Made by a program: the position numbers and the translations under genes. 64,000 bases of DNA. Origin: Puniceicoccales bacterium. Its GTDB lineage: Bacteria; Verrucomicrobiota; Verrucomicrobiia; Opitutales; UBA9783. The number at the start of each line of letters is the position of its first letter. Within the stretch, counting starts at the first letter, position 1. This document shows positions 10,000-19,778 of this stretch, one piece after another. Under the pieces are notes generated by a model, which saw only the letters and a list, made by a program, of their open reading frames with translations, ran no database searches and had not been told where the DNA came from. The stretch spans positions 91,819 to 155,818 of the forward strand of contig JAISBA010000005.1 in assembly GCA_031266455.1 (NCBI GenBank), written 5' to 3'.

Positions 10000-11622
10000 T
10001 TAGTGGGAAACTTGTAGAGCTTCCAACAAAGTACGATCAAAGTTATCCATCAACGAGGAATCTTGCAATCGGGCTTTGCGCATGCGCGCGTACACGCATG
10101 CGTTGGCCTCGCAAAAGATTATTTTTACCGACTTTTTTTGCAGAGAACAGGTAACCGTATGCAATGAATCCAATCCGGTGGCATCAATGAATGAAACGTG
10201 TTTTAGGCGCAAAACGACCGTGTGAATTTTGTCGTTTATTTTTGCCAGTACATTCTGAAAGGTTTCAATAACGCCAAAAAAGAAAGGTCCTTCGATGGAA
10301 TATACGACGATACCATCGAGTATTTTCTCAGAAATGTTTTCGTGCTTTAATACTTGTTCGTTGTTGAGTTCAATTTGGACGCTTTTAGCCATACGGCGCA
10401 TGAAGCATAAAGTGGCCAATAGGGCTCCAACGTTGACGGCTATCACTAAATCGCCAAACACGGTTAGAAAAAAAGTAATCAGCAGCACAGCGCTATCCGA
10501 CCTTGGGGCTCTCAAAAGAAGGTGCGAGAAGCGTGTCATGTCGCTCATGTTGTAGGCAACCATAAACAAAATAGCCGATAGGGTGGCAAGTGGAATTTTT
10601 CCGGCTAGAGGTGCCAAGAAGATAATGAGTAAAATCAGTGTTATGGAATGTACGATCCCTGCTATGGGAGAATATCCGCCACTTCGAATGTTGGTTGCGG
10701 TACGAGCAATGGCTCCCGTGGCTGCAAAACCACCGCACAAGGGAGTCAAAATGTTTGCAATGCCCTGTCCGATGAGTTCTTGGTTAGAGGCATGACGGCT
10801 CCCCGTCATGCCGTCTGCCACAACAGCCGATAGCAAAGATTCAATGGCTCCCAATAAAGCAATGGTGAATGCGGGTCCCACAAGTTCTAATAATCGCGGG
10901 AAAGTGCACGCAGGGAAGTGGAATGAAGGAAGCTTTTGCGGGATGCCTCCAAAGGCAGATCCAATGGTTGCAATGGAGTCAAAATTAAAAATCCATTGAA
11001 TTAAGGTAGCCGTTATGAGAGCAATCAACGCGCCCGGAATGCGTTGTAGGTACTTTTTGAAGATAATCAGTATCCCTAAACTTAACAGGGCCATACCTGT
11101 TGTCGCAATGTCCAGCGTTGGGAAAGCTTCTAGGATGGCAATCAGTTTGTTATGAAAATGCAAGTCATGAAAATGTACGTCGAGGCCAAAGAAATCTTTC
11201 CATTGTCCAATCCAGATAACAATACCTATGCCCGAAGTAAATCCAACAATTACGGGTTCTGGGATATATTTTATGATGGATCCAAAGCGAATTAATCCCA
11301 TCAAAATGAGGATAACTCCAGCCATCAGTGTTGCAATTTGTAAACCTTCTATCCCGTAACGTTGCGTAATGGATGCCAAAATAACGATGAATGCTCCTGT
11401 AGGTCCGGCAATCTGCACGCGACTACCTCCAAAAATGGATACGCACAGACCTGCCACGATGGCCGTGTACAGTCCGTTCTCAGGATGTACTCCGGAAGCA
11501 ATTGCAAAAGCCATGGCTAAAGGCAGAGCCACAATACCCACAATACATCCCGGAATTATGTTTTCTCTAATGGCTTTTAAACCCAAAAGTCCTTCATGTT
11601 TGGCTTGTCTGATTATAAACAT
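10000..11622 (-). CDS. SulP-family anion transporter with C-terminal STAS domain
   Basis: 540 aa with a polytopic membrane core (AGPTGAFIVILA, GIANILTPLCGGFAATGAIARTATNIRSG). The C-terminal block VVLRLKHVSFIDATGLDSL is STAS-like. Confidence 0.9.
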   Translation of the reverse strand: MFIIRQAKHEGLLGLKAIRENIIPGCIVGIVALPLAMAFAIASGVHPENGLYTAIVAGLCVSIFGGSRVQIAGPTGAFIVILASITQRYGIEGLQIATLMAGVILILMGLIRFGSIIKYIPEPVIVGFTSGIGIVIWIGQWKDFFGLDVHFHDLHFHNKLIAILEAFPTLDIATTGMALLSLGILIIFKKYLQRIPGALIALITATLIQWIFNFDSIATIGSAFGGIPQKLPSFHFPACTFPRLLELVGPAFTIALLGAIESLLSAVVADGMTGSRHASNQELIGQGIANILTPLCGGFAATGAIARTATNIRSGGYSPIAGIVHSITLILLIIFLAPLAGKIPLATLSAILFMVAYNMSDMTRFSHLLLRAPRSDSAVLLITFFLTVFGDLVIAVNVGALLATLCFMRRMAKSVQIELNNEQVLKHENISEKILDGIVVYSIEGPFFFGVIETFQNVLAKINDKIHTVVLRLKHVSFIDATGLDSLHTVTCSLQKKSVKIIFCEANACVYARMRKARLQDSSLMDNFDRTLLEALQVSH

Positions 11623-11773
11623 GCAACAATTTTTTGAAAAAAGTAAAACTGTGCATAATTTTCATTGAGTCAAGTTAATTTTAAAGAAATAAACGATTTT
11701 TGAAATTTATTTTTAGACGGCCATGAAAATTTTCCTAAAGGTACCTTAAAAAAAGACGTTATACATTAGTACA

Positions 11774-12322
11774 ATGAAAAACTTTTATAAATCATTAATT
11801 TTAAGTTTGTTTGTAGGTGGCACAAGCTTTTTAAGAGCTTACCCTGAATTTTCAAGCAGTTATGTGTCCGACAATCATTATCACAACGTTGTATATGACA
11901 TACCGCAGGGAAGTTATTACAACCTATTGAAATCTATTTGGGACGGCAATGCCGATAGAAAAATATTTAGAACCCTAAGAGATATTCTTGTTCAGGAAGG
12001 GGATTCGGCATACTGGTTTGAATTTTCTCGTAAAATTAATGAAGTTCGAGTCAATTTTTTTAAAACTTCAATGCCTTTGAAACTGTTTATTCAGGATGAA
12101 ACAATCAGTTTACCGAATAAGATACAGGAAATGTTCAAATTAAATAACTTACGTGAAATCCCCAACATGTTAGGTCTAACTTTGTATCTTATAAGTTTTT
12201 TAACCGATGACGATTTGTCGGAAATAGAAAATGCCAATATCTCGCTTAGAGCAAGCATAAAGCACATTTTGGGTGTTCAATACGACCAAATGTTGGACAG
12301 TTTTTTTACACTGGAAGTGTAA
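11774..12322 (+). CDS. hypothetical exported protein
   Basis: 182-aa ORF with a signal-peptide-like N-terminus (MKNFYKSLILSLFVGGTSFLRA). No recognisable motif. Confidence 0.45.
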   Translation: MKNFYKSLILSLFVGGTSFLRAYPEFSSSYVSDNHYHNVVYDIPQGSYYNLLKSIWDGNADRKIFRTLRDILVQEGDSAYWFEFSRKINEVRVNFFKTSMPLKLFIQDETISLPNKIQEMFKLNNLREIPNMLGLTLYLISFLTDDDLSEIENANISLRASIKHILGVQYDQMLDSFFTLEV

Positions 12323-12397
12323 TAGAAAACCCCCCTAAAGATCCAATTGTTTTTCAAAAATTAACCTCATGCGTGCCTATCATTTGACGGATGAGGT

Positions 12398-13213
12398 TTA
12401 ATTGGGCGATTTGATAAAACCCCATCGTTTATGCAAAGTTTTCTCTAGATTAACGAAAATAATTTTTTCAGCGATGAAGCCTATGGCAATGATGACAAAA
12501 ATAATACCCACCACCTGATCCATGGCCTGCATTTCTCTTCCGTAATGGAGAAGTTGTCCAATACCGAGTCCACGGATAGTGCTCACGTAAATCTCTGCCG
12601 ACATGAGAGACCGCCAAGCGAACGCCCAACTTTGTTTCATGCCCGTAATAATTAAAGGTAGGGCAGCCGGGAAAATAACCGTTACCCACAGATCAATCCC
12701 TCGGGAACCCATAGTACGAGCTGCCTTGATATATAAATTCGGAATTTGACACACACTCGATTCCGTAGATGCAATCAAGGACCATAAGGAGCCCATGGTA
12801 ACAACAAATAAAATGGCACGATCTGTTTGCCCAAACCAAAGTAAGGTTAGAGGTACCCAGCAGATACTGGGCAATGTTTGAAGCCCCAGAACTAGTTTTC
12901 CAATGAAGGCGTTCAAAATATAAAATCGACTGCATAGCATACCCATCGGAATCCCTATGAATACGCTTATGCTGTACCCTAAAATAAGACGCTTAATCGT
13001 CATCCAAGTGGCCCCTACGAGCGTTCCATCGGCGCAAGCGTGCCACAAAAAACGGGCCACTTGAATGGGTGTTGGGAAAATTAAATCGGAACACCCTCCT
13101 AAAACATATGCACATTGCCATATGCATAAGATAGTAAATAGGTAAGCTACTTTTTTAAATAGAGATTTTACGATGTTTGAATTTAGCAATGGCAATCGAT
13201 GTTTCATGTGCAA
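12398..13213 (-). CDS. ABC transporter permease (nitrate/sulfonate/taurine NitT/TauT type)
   Basis: Multi-TM protein with an EAA-like loop (IKAARTMGSRGIDLWVTVIFPAALP). It overlaps the upstream ATPase gene by 10 nt, consistent with an operon. Confidence 0.85.
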   Translation of the reverse strand: MHMKHRLPLLNSNIVKSLFKKVAYLFTILCIWQCAYVLGGCSDLIFPTPIQVARFLWHACADGTLVGATWMTIKRLILGYSISVFIGIPMGMLCSRFYILNAFIGKLVLGLQTLPSICWVPLTLLWFGQTDRAILFVVTMGSLWSLIASTESSVCQIPNLYIKAARTMGSRGIDLWVTVIFPAALPLIITGMKQSWAFAWRSLMSAEIYVSTIRGLGIGQLLHYGREMQAMDQVVGIIFVIIAIGFIAEKIIFVNLEKTLHKRWGFIKSPN

Positions 13214-13995
13214 GAAGCGCAGTCTTCAGCGTTATCTTTTTCGTGTAATACATTGGTGAGTTCATTGGCAAGTTCGGATACCGATACATCATGTACAGAT
13301 CTTGGATAGGATAACTGAATGGGAAAATCTTTTAAAATTTTTCCTGGACGCCGAGAAAGCACGATAACGCGTTGTGTCAACACGATTGCTTCGCGCACAT
13401 TGTGAGTTACGAGAAGTATGGTTTTGTGCTGCATGTTCCAAATTTTTTGAACATCCCTATAGAGTTGTTCACAGGTGAGTGCATCGAGTGCGCTGAAAGG
13501 TTCGTCCATAAGAAGTATTTGCGGATTTGGAGCCAAGGCTCTTGCCAATGCGACGCGTTGCTTCATACCTCCGGAAAGTTCGTGAATATACGCTCGTTCA
13601 AAGTGATCAAGCCCAACTATATGGAGATAGTAGGATGCAATTGTCTTACGTTCAGCATTTGTGAGTCCTTTCTTGAAGCGTAACCCGTAAACCACGTTGC
13701 CGAGCACGTTATACCAAGGGAACAAGGCTGCTTCCTGAAACATCATCATACGGTGTCGTTCGGGTTGATTGGTATGGTATTCGTTGACGACAATACTTCC
13801 CTCTTCGCAAGATTCAAGACCGGCGACCATATTTAGTAGTGTGGATTTTCCGCACCCACTGGGGCCTAAAATCGCAACAAATTCTCCTGCTTGTATGGAA
13901 AAGGAGATATCGTCCAATACTTTGGTAAAACGATGGCCTCTCGTAAAAGTTTTACGGACGTGACTTACACAAATTTTAACATCTGTTTCTGTCAT
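13204..13995 (-). CDS. ABC transporter ATP-binding protein (NitT/TauT type)
   Basis: Walker A GPSGCGKST, signature LSGGMKQRVALARAL and Walker B ILLMDEPFSALD. Start set at ATG 13995 (MTETDVKI), not the GTG at 14010. Confidence 0.9.
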   Translation of the reverse strand: MTETDVKICVSHVRKTFTRGHRFTKVLDDISFSIQAGEFVAILGPSGCGKSTLLNMVAGLESCEEGSIVVNEYHTNQPERHRMMMFQEAALFPWYNVLGNVVYGLRFKKGLTNAERKTIASYYLHIVGLDHFERAYIHELSGGMKQRVALARALAPNPQILLMDEPFSALDALTCEQLYRDVQKIWNMQHKTILLVTHNVREAIVLTQRVIVLSRRPGKILKDFPIQLSYPRSVHDVSVSELANELTNVLHEKDNAEDCASCT

Positions 13996-14042
13996 ACAAC
14001 CACCCCACACCCTAAAAGGTTCTAGGGAATTTTCAAGCGAAA

Positions 14043-14082
14043 AAAACGGCCTGCTTTTTTACAAAACGGCCTGCTTTTTTAC
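14043..14082. repeat. perfect 2 x 20-nt tandem direct repeat (AAAACGGCCTGCTTTTTTAC)
   Basis: Read directly. Copy 1 is 14043..14062 and copy 2 is 14063..14082. It lies in the intergenic region upstream of the ABC operon and downstream of rpmG. Confidence 0.9.
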
Positions 14083-14152
14083 GAAACCAACCCCACTTAC
14101 TCTAGCGGTTGCCCCCCGACAATGAAAAGCCTCAAAAAGTCTTAAGAAAGAT

Positions 14153-14326
14153 CTATTTATCCTTTATTTCTCGATGTAAAGTATGACGTCTTAAAAACCT
14201 GTTGTATTTCATTTTTTCAACTTTTTCAACTTGAAGCTTTTTATTACGCGTTGTCATATAACGCGAAACAGGTTTTCCTTCTTTGCGTGCTTCGGTACAT
14301 TCAATAATAACGTGTTCTCTTGGCAT
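14153..14326 (-). CDS. rpmG: 50S ribosomal protein L33
   Basis: Hand translation of the minus strand gives [57 protein letters not shown] (57 aa, below the ORF-track cut-off). It follows the L33 pattern Y.T.KNK....K.E.KKY.P..R.HT.H.E.K. Confidence 0.85.
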   Translation of the reverse strand: MPREHVIIECTEARKEGKPVSRYMTTRNKKLQVEKVEKMKYNRFLRRHTLHREIKDK

Positions 14327-14490
14327 AGATTTCTGTAAGCAGTGGAAGTGAATTTAAGATACAAAAAAATTTCTTCAATACAAAAGTATAAAAAACTACT
14401 TACACATGGGTTTAACCCTTAACATTTGGGTATTTGTAAAAAAAATGGTTAAAGCTTGCCGTTAGGATAAGAAAAATATAAACCTATATC

Positions 14491-15318
14491 ATGCAACATT
14501 CGTTTTTTCGCGCTGTTAATTACCAGCCTCGAGATGCTTTTATAAAAAGATTAATAGGGGTTTACGGCGGGGTGTTTGTGTGCATGCAAATCCTTAATGT
14601 TTGGTTCAACAGTCATTGGATTGAAAATCAATTTGCCCTTTCTTTGCCAGGCCTAATGGAAGGAAAATTTTGGATGCTATTCTCTTATTCTTTTTTACAT
14701 TTAGATTTTTTTCATTTTTTATTCAACGGCCTGATGCTTTATTTCCTGAGTCGTTTTTTGTTAATTTATGAACTGACCTTGAAATCTCTATTAATTTTAT
14801 ACTTTTGTGGGATTGGGGTCGGTGGCTTATGTTGGTTGTCTCTCCATGCACATCATACGCATTGTTTAATGGGCGCTTCGGCAGGTATTATGGCCTTGTT
14901 GACTTATTTTTGCCACATGTATCCCGAAAAATCCATGTCGTTGCTCGTTTTTTTTATTTTTCCAATACAAATAAAAGCCAAATGGCTGATCTACTTTACC
15001 TGGTGGTACGAGGTGATCAATGGTGTCTTATATGAGCTTCAAAATAATTCTTCCATTGCAAATTCTGCACATTTAGGAGGCATGCTGTGCGGTTTTGCCT
15101 ACTGCCTAGCACAGAGGCATTTCGAATTTTGCCGTGACAAAAAGGAGCAAAAAATTCCATTTAAAACAAATTATCAAGTGCACATAGAAGACGATTCCAT
15201 GGATAATGATCGCGTTCAACTTATTCCCTTTGATATTTTAAGAAAATTACGTGAAGAGGGGATGGGTTCGCTTTCTATGGAAGAAAAGAAGTGGCTTGAG
15301 CAGTGTAGAAAATTTTAA
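14491..15318 (+). CDS. rhomboid-family intramembrane serine protease
   Basis: Polytopic protein with the catalytic Ser motif GASAGIMALL and the His motif AHLGGMLCG. Confidence 0.8.
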   Translation: MQHSFFRAVNYQPRDAFIKRLIGVYGGVFVCMQILNVWFNSHWIENQFALSLPGLMEGKFWMLFSYSFLHLDFFHFLFNGLMLYFLSRFLLIYELTLKSLLILYFCGIGVGGLCWLSLHAHHTHCLMGASAGIMALLTYFCHMYPEKSMSLLVFFIFPIQIKAKWLIYFTWWYEVINGVLYELQNNSSIANSAHLGGMLCGFAYCLAQRHFEFCRDKKEQKIPFKTNYQVHIEDDSMDNDRVQLIPFDILRKLREEGMGSLSMEEKKWLEQCRKF

Positions 15319-15327
15319 CCTTATAGC

Positions 15328-17658
15328 ATGAATAAAAAATTTCGTTTGTTTTTTTTGACGGTCTTTAAATATGTTATTTTTTGCACAGCACTTGTTTATT
15401 ATTTGGGCGGCAAGCCACTTGTGCAGGCAAAGAAAACTCGTAATCCTGCAGCCGGCGATGAAAAGTCTCGAAAAATATTTGTTCAAACGGCGATTATGAG
15501 AACGGAAACCATTTTTTTGGTACGTTTTTTGGAGGAATTACATTTTTTAAAAAAACCCCTTGGCGAAGTCGATTGCCATAAACTAATAGAAGAGTTTTTA
15601 CTGACTTTGGATCCTCAGCGTATGTTTTTTACCCAAGCGGATAAGGATAATTTCATGCATCAGTACGCGCTTTCATTGGAATTACTACTGCGTGGAGGCA
15701 GTTTAACACCCGCATTTAATATATTTGAAGGGTACCGTACCATCGCTGAACAGAGAATTCGCTGGATTCACAAAAGATTACAAGGTGACTTTAATTTCAA
15801 TAAAAATTTATTTTACGATGCTAACCGAAAAGAATCACCGTGGGCAAAAACACGCATTGAATTGGATCTTTTATGGCATCAACGGCTTCAACACGAGCTG
15901 TTGAATGAGTCTTTAGCGGTACAATTGAAAGAAAATTCTTGGGTAGAAGACGATGTGGAAGGTTTGTCTAAATCTGCCAAAAATGAGCCGGAAGATGAGA
16001 CTTTAAGCGTTGAACAGTGCATGAAAAATTTAGCGGATGCGAAAACTAAATTGGCGGATCAATACAATAATCTATTGTCATGCATTGATAAGATCGACGC
16101 CGTGGATATTCAAGAAATTTTTCTCAATACGGTGGCACATTTTTACGATCCGCACACCACTTTCTTTTCGGCGGATTCCATGGAAGATTTTTCCATTAGT
16201 TTACACAATGCCTTGGTGGGTATTGGTGCTTATTTGAGCGAAGAAAATGGCCTATGCGTCATTAAAGAATTGTTGCCGGGAGGGCCTGCCGAACAAGATA
16301 AACGTTTACATCCGGGAGATAAAATTTTGGCTGTGGCTCAGGACAGTAAAGATTTTGTCAATATTCAAGGCATGAAGTTGAGGCAATCCGTTAAACTCAT
16401 TCGAGGGCCTCGGGATTCCAAAGTACGTTTACTGATTCAGCCGTTTGATGCAGAGCCTTCTGAACGTAGAATCATAGAACTTGTGAGAGAGGAAATTAAA
16501 CTAACGAACAATTTAGCTTCCGCAAAGTTATTTTATCTACCGGATTCTCAAGGGGGCCGTCGCGTTGTAGGTTTAATTGATTTGCCTGCTTTTTATGGTC
16601 CGGAAACTTCAGATAATAACGATTCGCACTGCATTTCAGAAGATGTAAAGGCGCTCATATTGCAGCTGGAAGCCTACGATGTAGAAGGGCTTATCTTAGA
16701 TTTAAGGCGTAATGGAGGTGGCTTACTGAATGAAGCCGTTAAATTGGCAGGATTATTTTTGGATCATTGTCCGGTTGTTCAAATCAAAGATACGATGGGG
16801 AAAATTACGCAACAATTTGCCGAGTCTCATACATGTGTTTGGAAAGGGCCTTTGCTTGTTTTGACATCCCGTTTCAGCGCATCCGCATCCGAAATTGTTG
16901 CCGGTGCGTTACAAACTTACCGCAGAGCTCTCGTGTTTGGTGACAAAACGACGCACGGAAAAGGAACAGTCCAAGCGGTTGTGGAAATGGACCGATTATC
17001 TTTGTTTCCCTGCGCAAAATCCATTCTGGGTGCTGCAAAAATTACGCTGCAAAAATGGTATTTACCGGATGGTAGATCTACCCAAAAAAGAGGTGTGGGT
17101 GCAGACTTGTTTTTACCCTCTCTTTACGACGTATTACCGGTTGGAGAGTCGGACTTGCCAAATGCCTTGGAATGGGATTCCATATTGCCCATACCCGCAA
17201 AAATCGATGATCCGGTTTGCGAATGGATACGTCCGGGGTTGATTCAGTATTTGCACCAACAACGGTCGGACAGACAATTGCAACAGCCTGCATTTGATTG
17301 GTATCAACGTCAAATCGACTATTTTAAAGGTAAATATGAGCAGAATCGTTTCACTTTAAATTTGACCGACCGGATTCATCAACTTTCCACGGATCGCGTG
17401 AAGCGCAAAGAATTGGATACGCAGGCAGATCAATTGTTAAAGTGGAAGAAGTATTACAAAAATTTCTACTTGTCGGATGTCCAAATGCCCCACAGGGATT
17501 TAACACGATTTGATATTTATGAGGACGAAGCCGTTCAAATGATGGTGGATTGGTTATGCTTCTTGCGTGCTTCAAAATGTTTATCGAAAATTCCATCCTA
17601 TTGCAGTAAAGAAGCCTTATGGAATCAATACATGGCCTACACATTGCAAGCAAATTAA
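15328..17658 (+). CDS. tail-specific (C-terminal processing) protease, S41 family
   Basis: 776 aa. It has a PDZ-like segment (GPAEQDKRLHPGDKILAV) and an S41 core with LILDLRRNGGG, TSRFSASASEIVAGALQ and THGKGTVQ. Confidence 0.9.
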   Translation: MNKKFRLFFLTVFKYVIFCTALVYYLGGKPLVQAKKTRNPAAGDEKSRKIFVQTAIMRTETIFLVRFLEELHFLKKPLGEVDCHKLIEEFLLTLDPQRMFFTQADKDNFMHQYALSLELLLRGGSLTPAFNIFEGYRTIAEQRIRWIHKRLQGDFNFNKNLFYDANRKESPWAKTRIELDLLWHQRLQHELLNESLAVQLKENSWVEDDVEGLSKSAKNEPEDETLSVEQCMKNLADAKTKLADQYNNLLSCIDKIDAVDIQEIFLNTVAHFYDPHTTFFSADSMEDFSISLHNALVGIGAYLSEENGLCVIKELLPGGPAEQDKRLHPGDKILAVAQDSKDFVNIQGMKLRQSVKLIRGPRDSKVRLLIQPFDAEPSERRIIELVREEIKLTNNLASAKLFYLPDSQGGRRVVGLIDLPAFYGPETSDNNDSHCISEDVKALILQLEAYDVEGLILDLRRNGGGLLNEAVKLAGLFLDHCPVVQIKDTMGKITQQFAESHTCVWKGPLLVLTSRFSASASEIVAGALQTYRRALVFGDKTTHGKGTVQAVVEMDRLSLFPCAKSILGAAKITLQKWYLPDGRSTQKRGVGADLFLPSLYDVLPVGESDLPNALEWDSILPIPAKIDDPVCEWIRPGLIQYLHQQRSDRQLQQPAFDWYQRQIDYFKGKYEQNRFTLNLTDRIHQLSTDRVKRKELDTQADQLLKWKKYYKNFYLSDVQMPHRDLTRFDIYEDEAVQMMVDWLCFLRASKCLSKIPSYCSKEALWNQYMAYTLQAN

Positions 17659-18440
17659 ATCCCAACTACAGGCAATGGCTTAAATTATTGCATGCGCGTG
17701 GTCGAAAACGAGAGAGATTATTTTTAATTGAGGGATTACGTGAATTAGATCGCGCTTTGCAAGCGAATGTTTACATACGCGCATTCATTTTTCAACAAAG
17801 TATATGGGTATCCCAAAATGAAAAAATTCAAACGCATTTTAGCCATTATCTGAAACGAGAAAATTGCTTCGTGTTGGCGGATAGCCTATTCAAAAAATTA
17901 AGCGTGCGAGAAAATTCAGACGGTATTATTGGCATTGCGGAGGTGTGGGAACCTTCTTTAGATAGTTTTCAAATTTGTGATGACGGCTTATATCTGTTGG
18001 TGGAGCACTTGGAAAAACCAGGAAATTTAGGGGCAATGATGCGTTCTGCGGAAGCAACGGCCGTCGACGGATTATTGATTGCAGACCCCTGCGTGGATAT
18101 TTTTAACCCAAATGTGATTAGGACTTCTCAGGGAGCTGTATTCGGATTAAACATTGTTTGGGATACTGCGGAACGTATTTATGATTTTCTCGGTGGCAAA
18201 AACATGAACCTGTTGGCGATGACCCCCTGTGCGGATTTACTTTATTGGGATACAGACATGACACGGGCGTGCGTCGTTTGTGTTGGTAATGAGGCGCATG
18301 GGTTAACTCCATTGTGGTTGGAGAAGGCGACAAAAGTCACCGTCCCTATGTTTGGAAAATCTGCCGATTCTCTGAATGCGGGTATTGCGGGGAGCTTATG
18401 CCTGTATGAAGCGCGTAGGCAGCGCCGATGTAAAAGCTAA
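17619..18440 (+). CDS. TrmH/SpoU-family RNA 2'-O-methyltransferase
   Basis: SpoU motifs are present: LVEHLEKPGNLGAMMRSAEA, VCVGNEAHGL and ADSLNAGIAGSLCLYE. It overlaps the protease gene end by 40 nt. Confidence 0.8.
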   Translation: MESIHGLHIASKLNPNYRQWLKLLHARGRKRERLFLIEGLRELDRALQANVYIRAFIFQQSIWVSQNEKIQTHFSHYLKRENCFVLADSLFKKLSVRENSDGIIGIAEVWEPSLDSFQICDDGLYLLVEHLEKPGNLGAMMRSAEATAVDGLLIADPCVDIFNPNVIRTSQGAVFGLNIVWDTAERIYDFLGGKNMNLLAMTPCADLLYWDTDMTRACVVCVGNEAHGLTPLWLEKATKVTVPMFGKSADSLNAGIAGSLCLYEARRQRRCKS

Positions 18441-18499
18441 CGTTTATCAAGAAGCCAATTGCTTTAATCTCCTGTTAAAATTATGGGGAAAGATTTTTC

Positions 18500-19396
18500 T
18501 TACAGAAAATTTATGGGATGCGAAAACAGTTCCAATTGTTTTGGGCATCGAGCCATGTGGGTCGTATTGGGTAAAGATGTGTTAAAGTTATATTTGCTTC
18601 GAAGGCCAGCGATTTTTTGATATAACGCTTTGGAATAAATTTTATCCGCATAACTTTCTCTGTACAACGAACGTACACGATTTATATGCTGAGGAAATAA
18701 TTTTTGCACATAACTCAAAAAATTTTGTCGCATATGACCCCTTAAATGCAAAATGTCGACAGCAATTTCTTTAACATCGCACGATTTTGCTTCCCTAAAT
18801 ATATTTTCCAGATTTTCAAAAGAATCATTGATGTAAGGGATAATGGGCATGAGAAGAATACCCGTATCGATCCCTGCCGCTGCAAATAGTTTCAATGCCT
18901 CAAAACGGTCTTGTATCCTGGAGGCATAGGGTTCTAATTTTTCTCGTAAGTTTTCGTCGGTCGTGGAAATAGACATGCGTAATACGACGTAGGCAACTTT
19001 GTTCAATTGGGTGAGTAATGGAAGATCGCGCACAACCAAATGAGATTTGGTTGTAATGGCTAATGGGTTTCGATGTTTGATAAAGCATTGAATGATGGAT
19101 GGCATCAATTGAAATTTTTGTTCAATCGGTTGATACCCATCGGTAACACCGCAAACATTGACGCAGGCTCCACACCAATTTTTTTTGGAAAAATCTTTTT
19201 CTAGGACTTGGGCAATGTTAGTTTTTACCCAAATATCATCAAAAAAATCTTTGAATTCTAAATATTTGTGTGAATATTGGGCAAAACAGTAAACGCAATG
19301 ATGTCCACACCCACGGTAACAATTGAGATCCCAGTGCGTAGCGAATGCTCTTTTATGGTAATGCAGTGCTGATTTTACTTGGATTTCATGAATCAT
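18500..19396 (-). CDS. radical SAM protein (SplB / DNA-photolyase-like COG1533 type)
   Basis: The N-terminal block NCYRGCGHHCVYCFA carries the CxxxCxxC radical-SAM cluster motif, in the context typical of the SPL-like family. Confidence 0.75.
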   Translation of the reverse strand: MIHEIQVKSALHYHKRAFATHWDLNCYRGCGHHCVYCFAQYSHKYLEFKDFFDDIWVKTNIAQVLEKDFSKKNWCGACVNVCGVTDGYQPIEQKFQLMPSIIQCFIKHRNPLAITTKSHLVVRDLPLLTQLNKVAYVVLRMSISTTDENLREKLEPYASRIQDRFEALKLFAAAGIDTGILLMPIIPYINDSFENLENIFREAKSCDVKEIAVDILHLRGHMRQNFLSYVQKLFPQHINRVRSLYRESYADKIYSKALYQKIAGLRSKYNFNTSLPNTTHMARCPKQLELFSHPINFL

Positions 19397-19507
19397 TACC
19401 TTACAAAAGCCACCTTATTTGAACTTGGAATGATAACACAGGTAACTCACTAATTTATATCTAACGACACAAAAATATGCTATTTTTATAAGGATTGTTA
19501 AAAAATT

Positions 19508-19771
19508 TTACTTCTTTTCTTGAAACTTAGGCATTAAGTAATCTACACAACTTTTCAGTGATTCTAAATGTCCGTAATCGTTTTCCGGAATCTCAATACC
19601 ATACTGCTTGCGCAATTCCATCACGATATCTAAAAAATCCATAGAATCCAATTCTAATTGATCGCGTAGGCGCACGTCATCCTTTAAATTACTCAGATCT
19701 TCATCGGGAGCAATTTCTGCAATAATATCAATCACTACTTTCCGTATGTTTTTTTTGTCCATGATAGTCAT
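19508..19771 (-). CDS. acyl carrier protein (stand-alone, paired with KAS)
   Basis: LELDSMDFLDIVMELRKQYGIEIP contains the phosphopantetheine Ser motif (DSM). Start set at ATG 19771, 8 nt after the KAS stop. Confidence 0.8.
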   Translation of the reverse strand: MTIMDKKNIRKVVIDIIAEIAPDEDLSNLKDDVRLRDQLELDSMDFLDIVMELRKQYGIEIPENDYGHLESLKSCVDYLMPKFQEKK

Positions 19772-19778
19772 AAAAACG

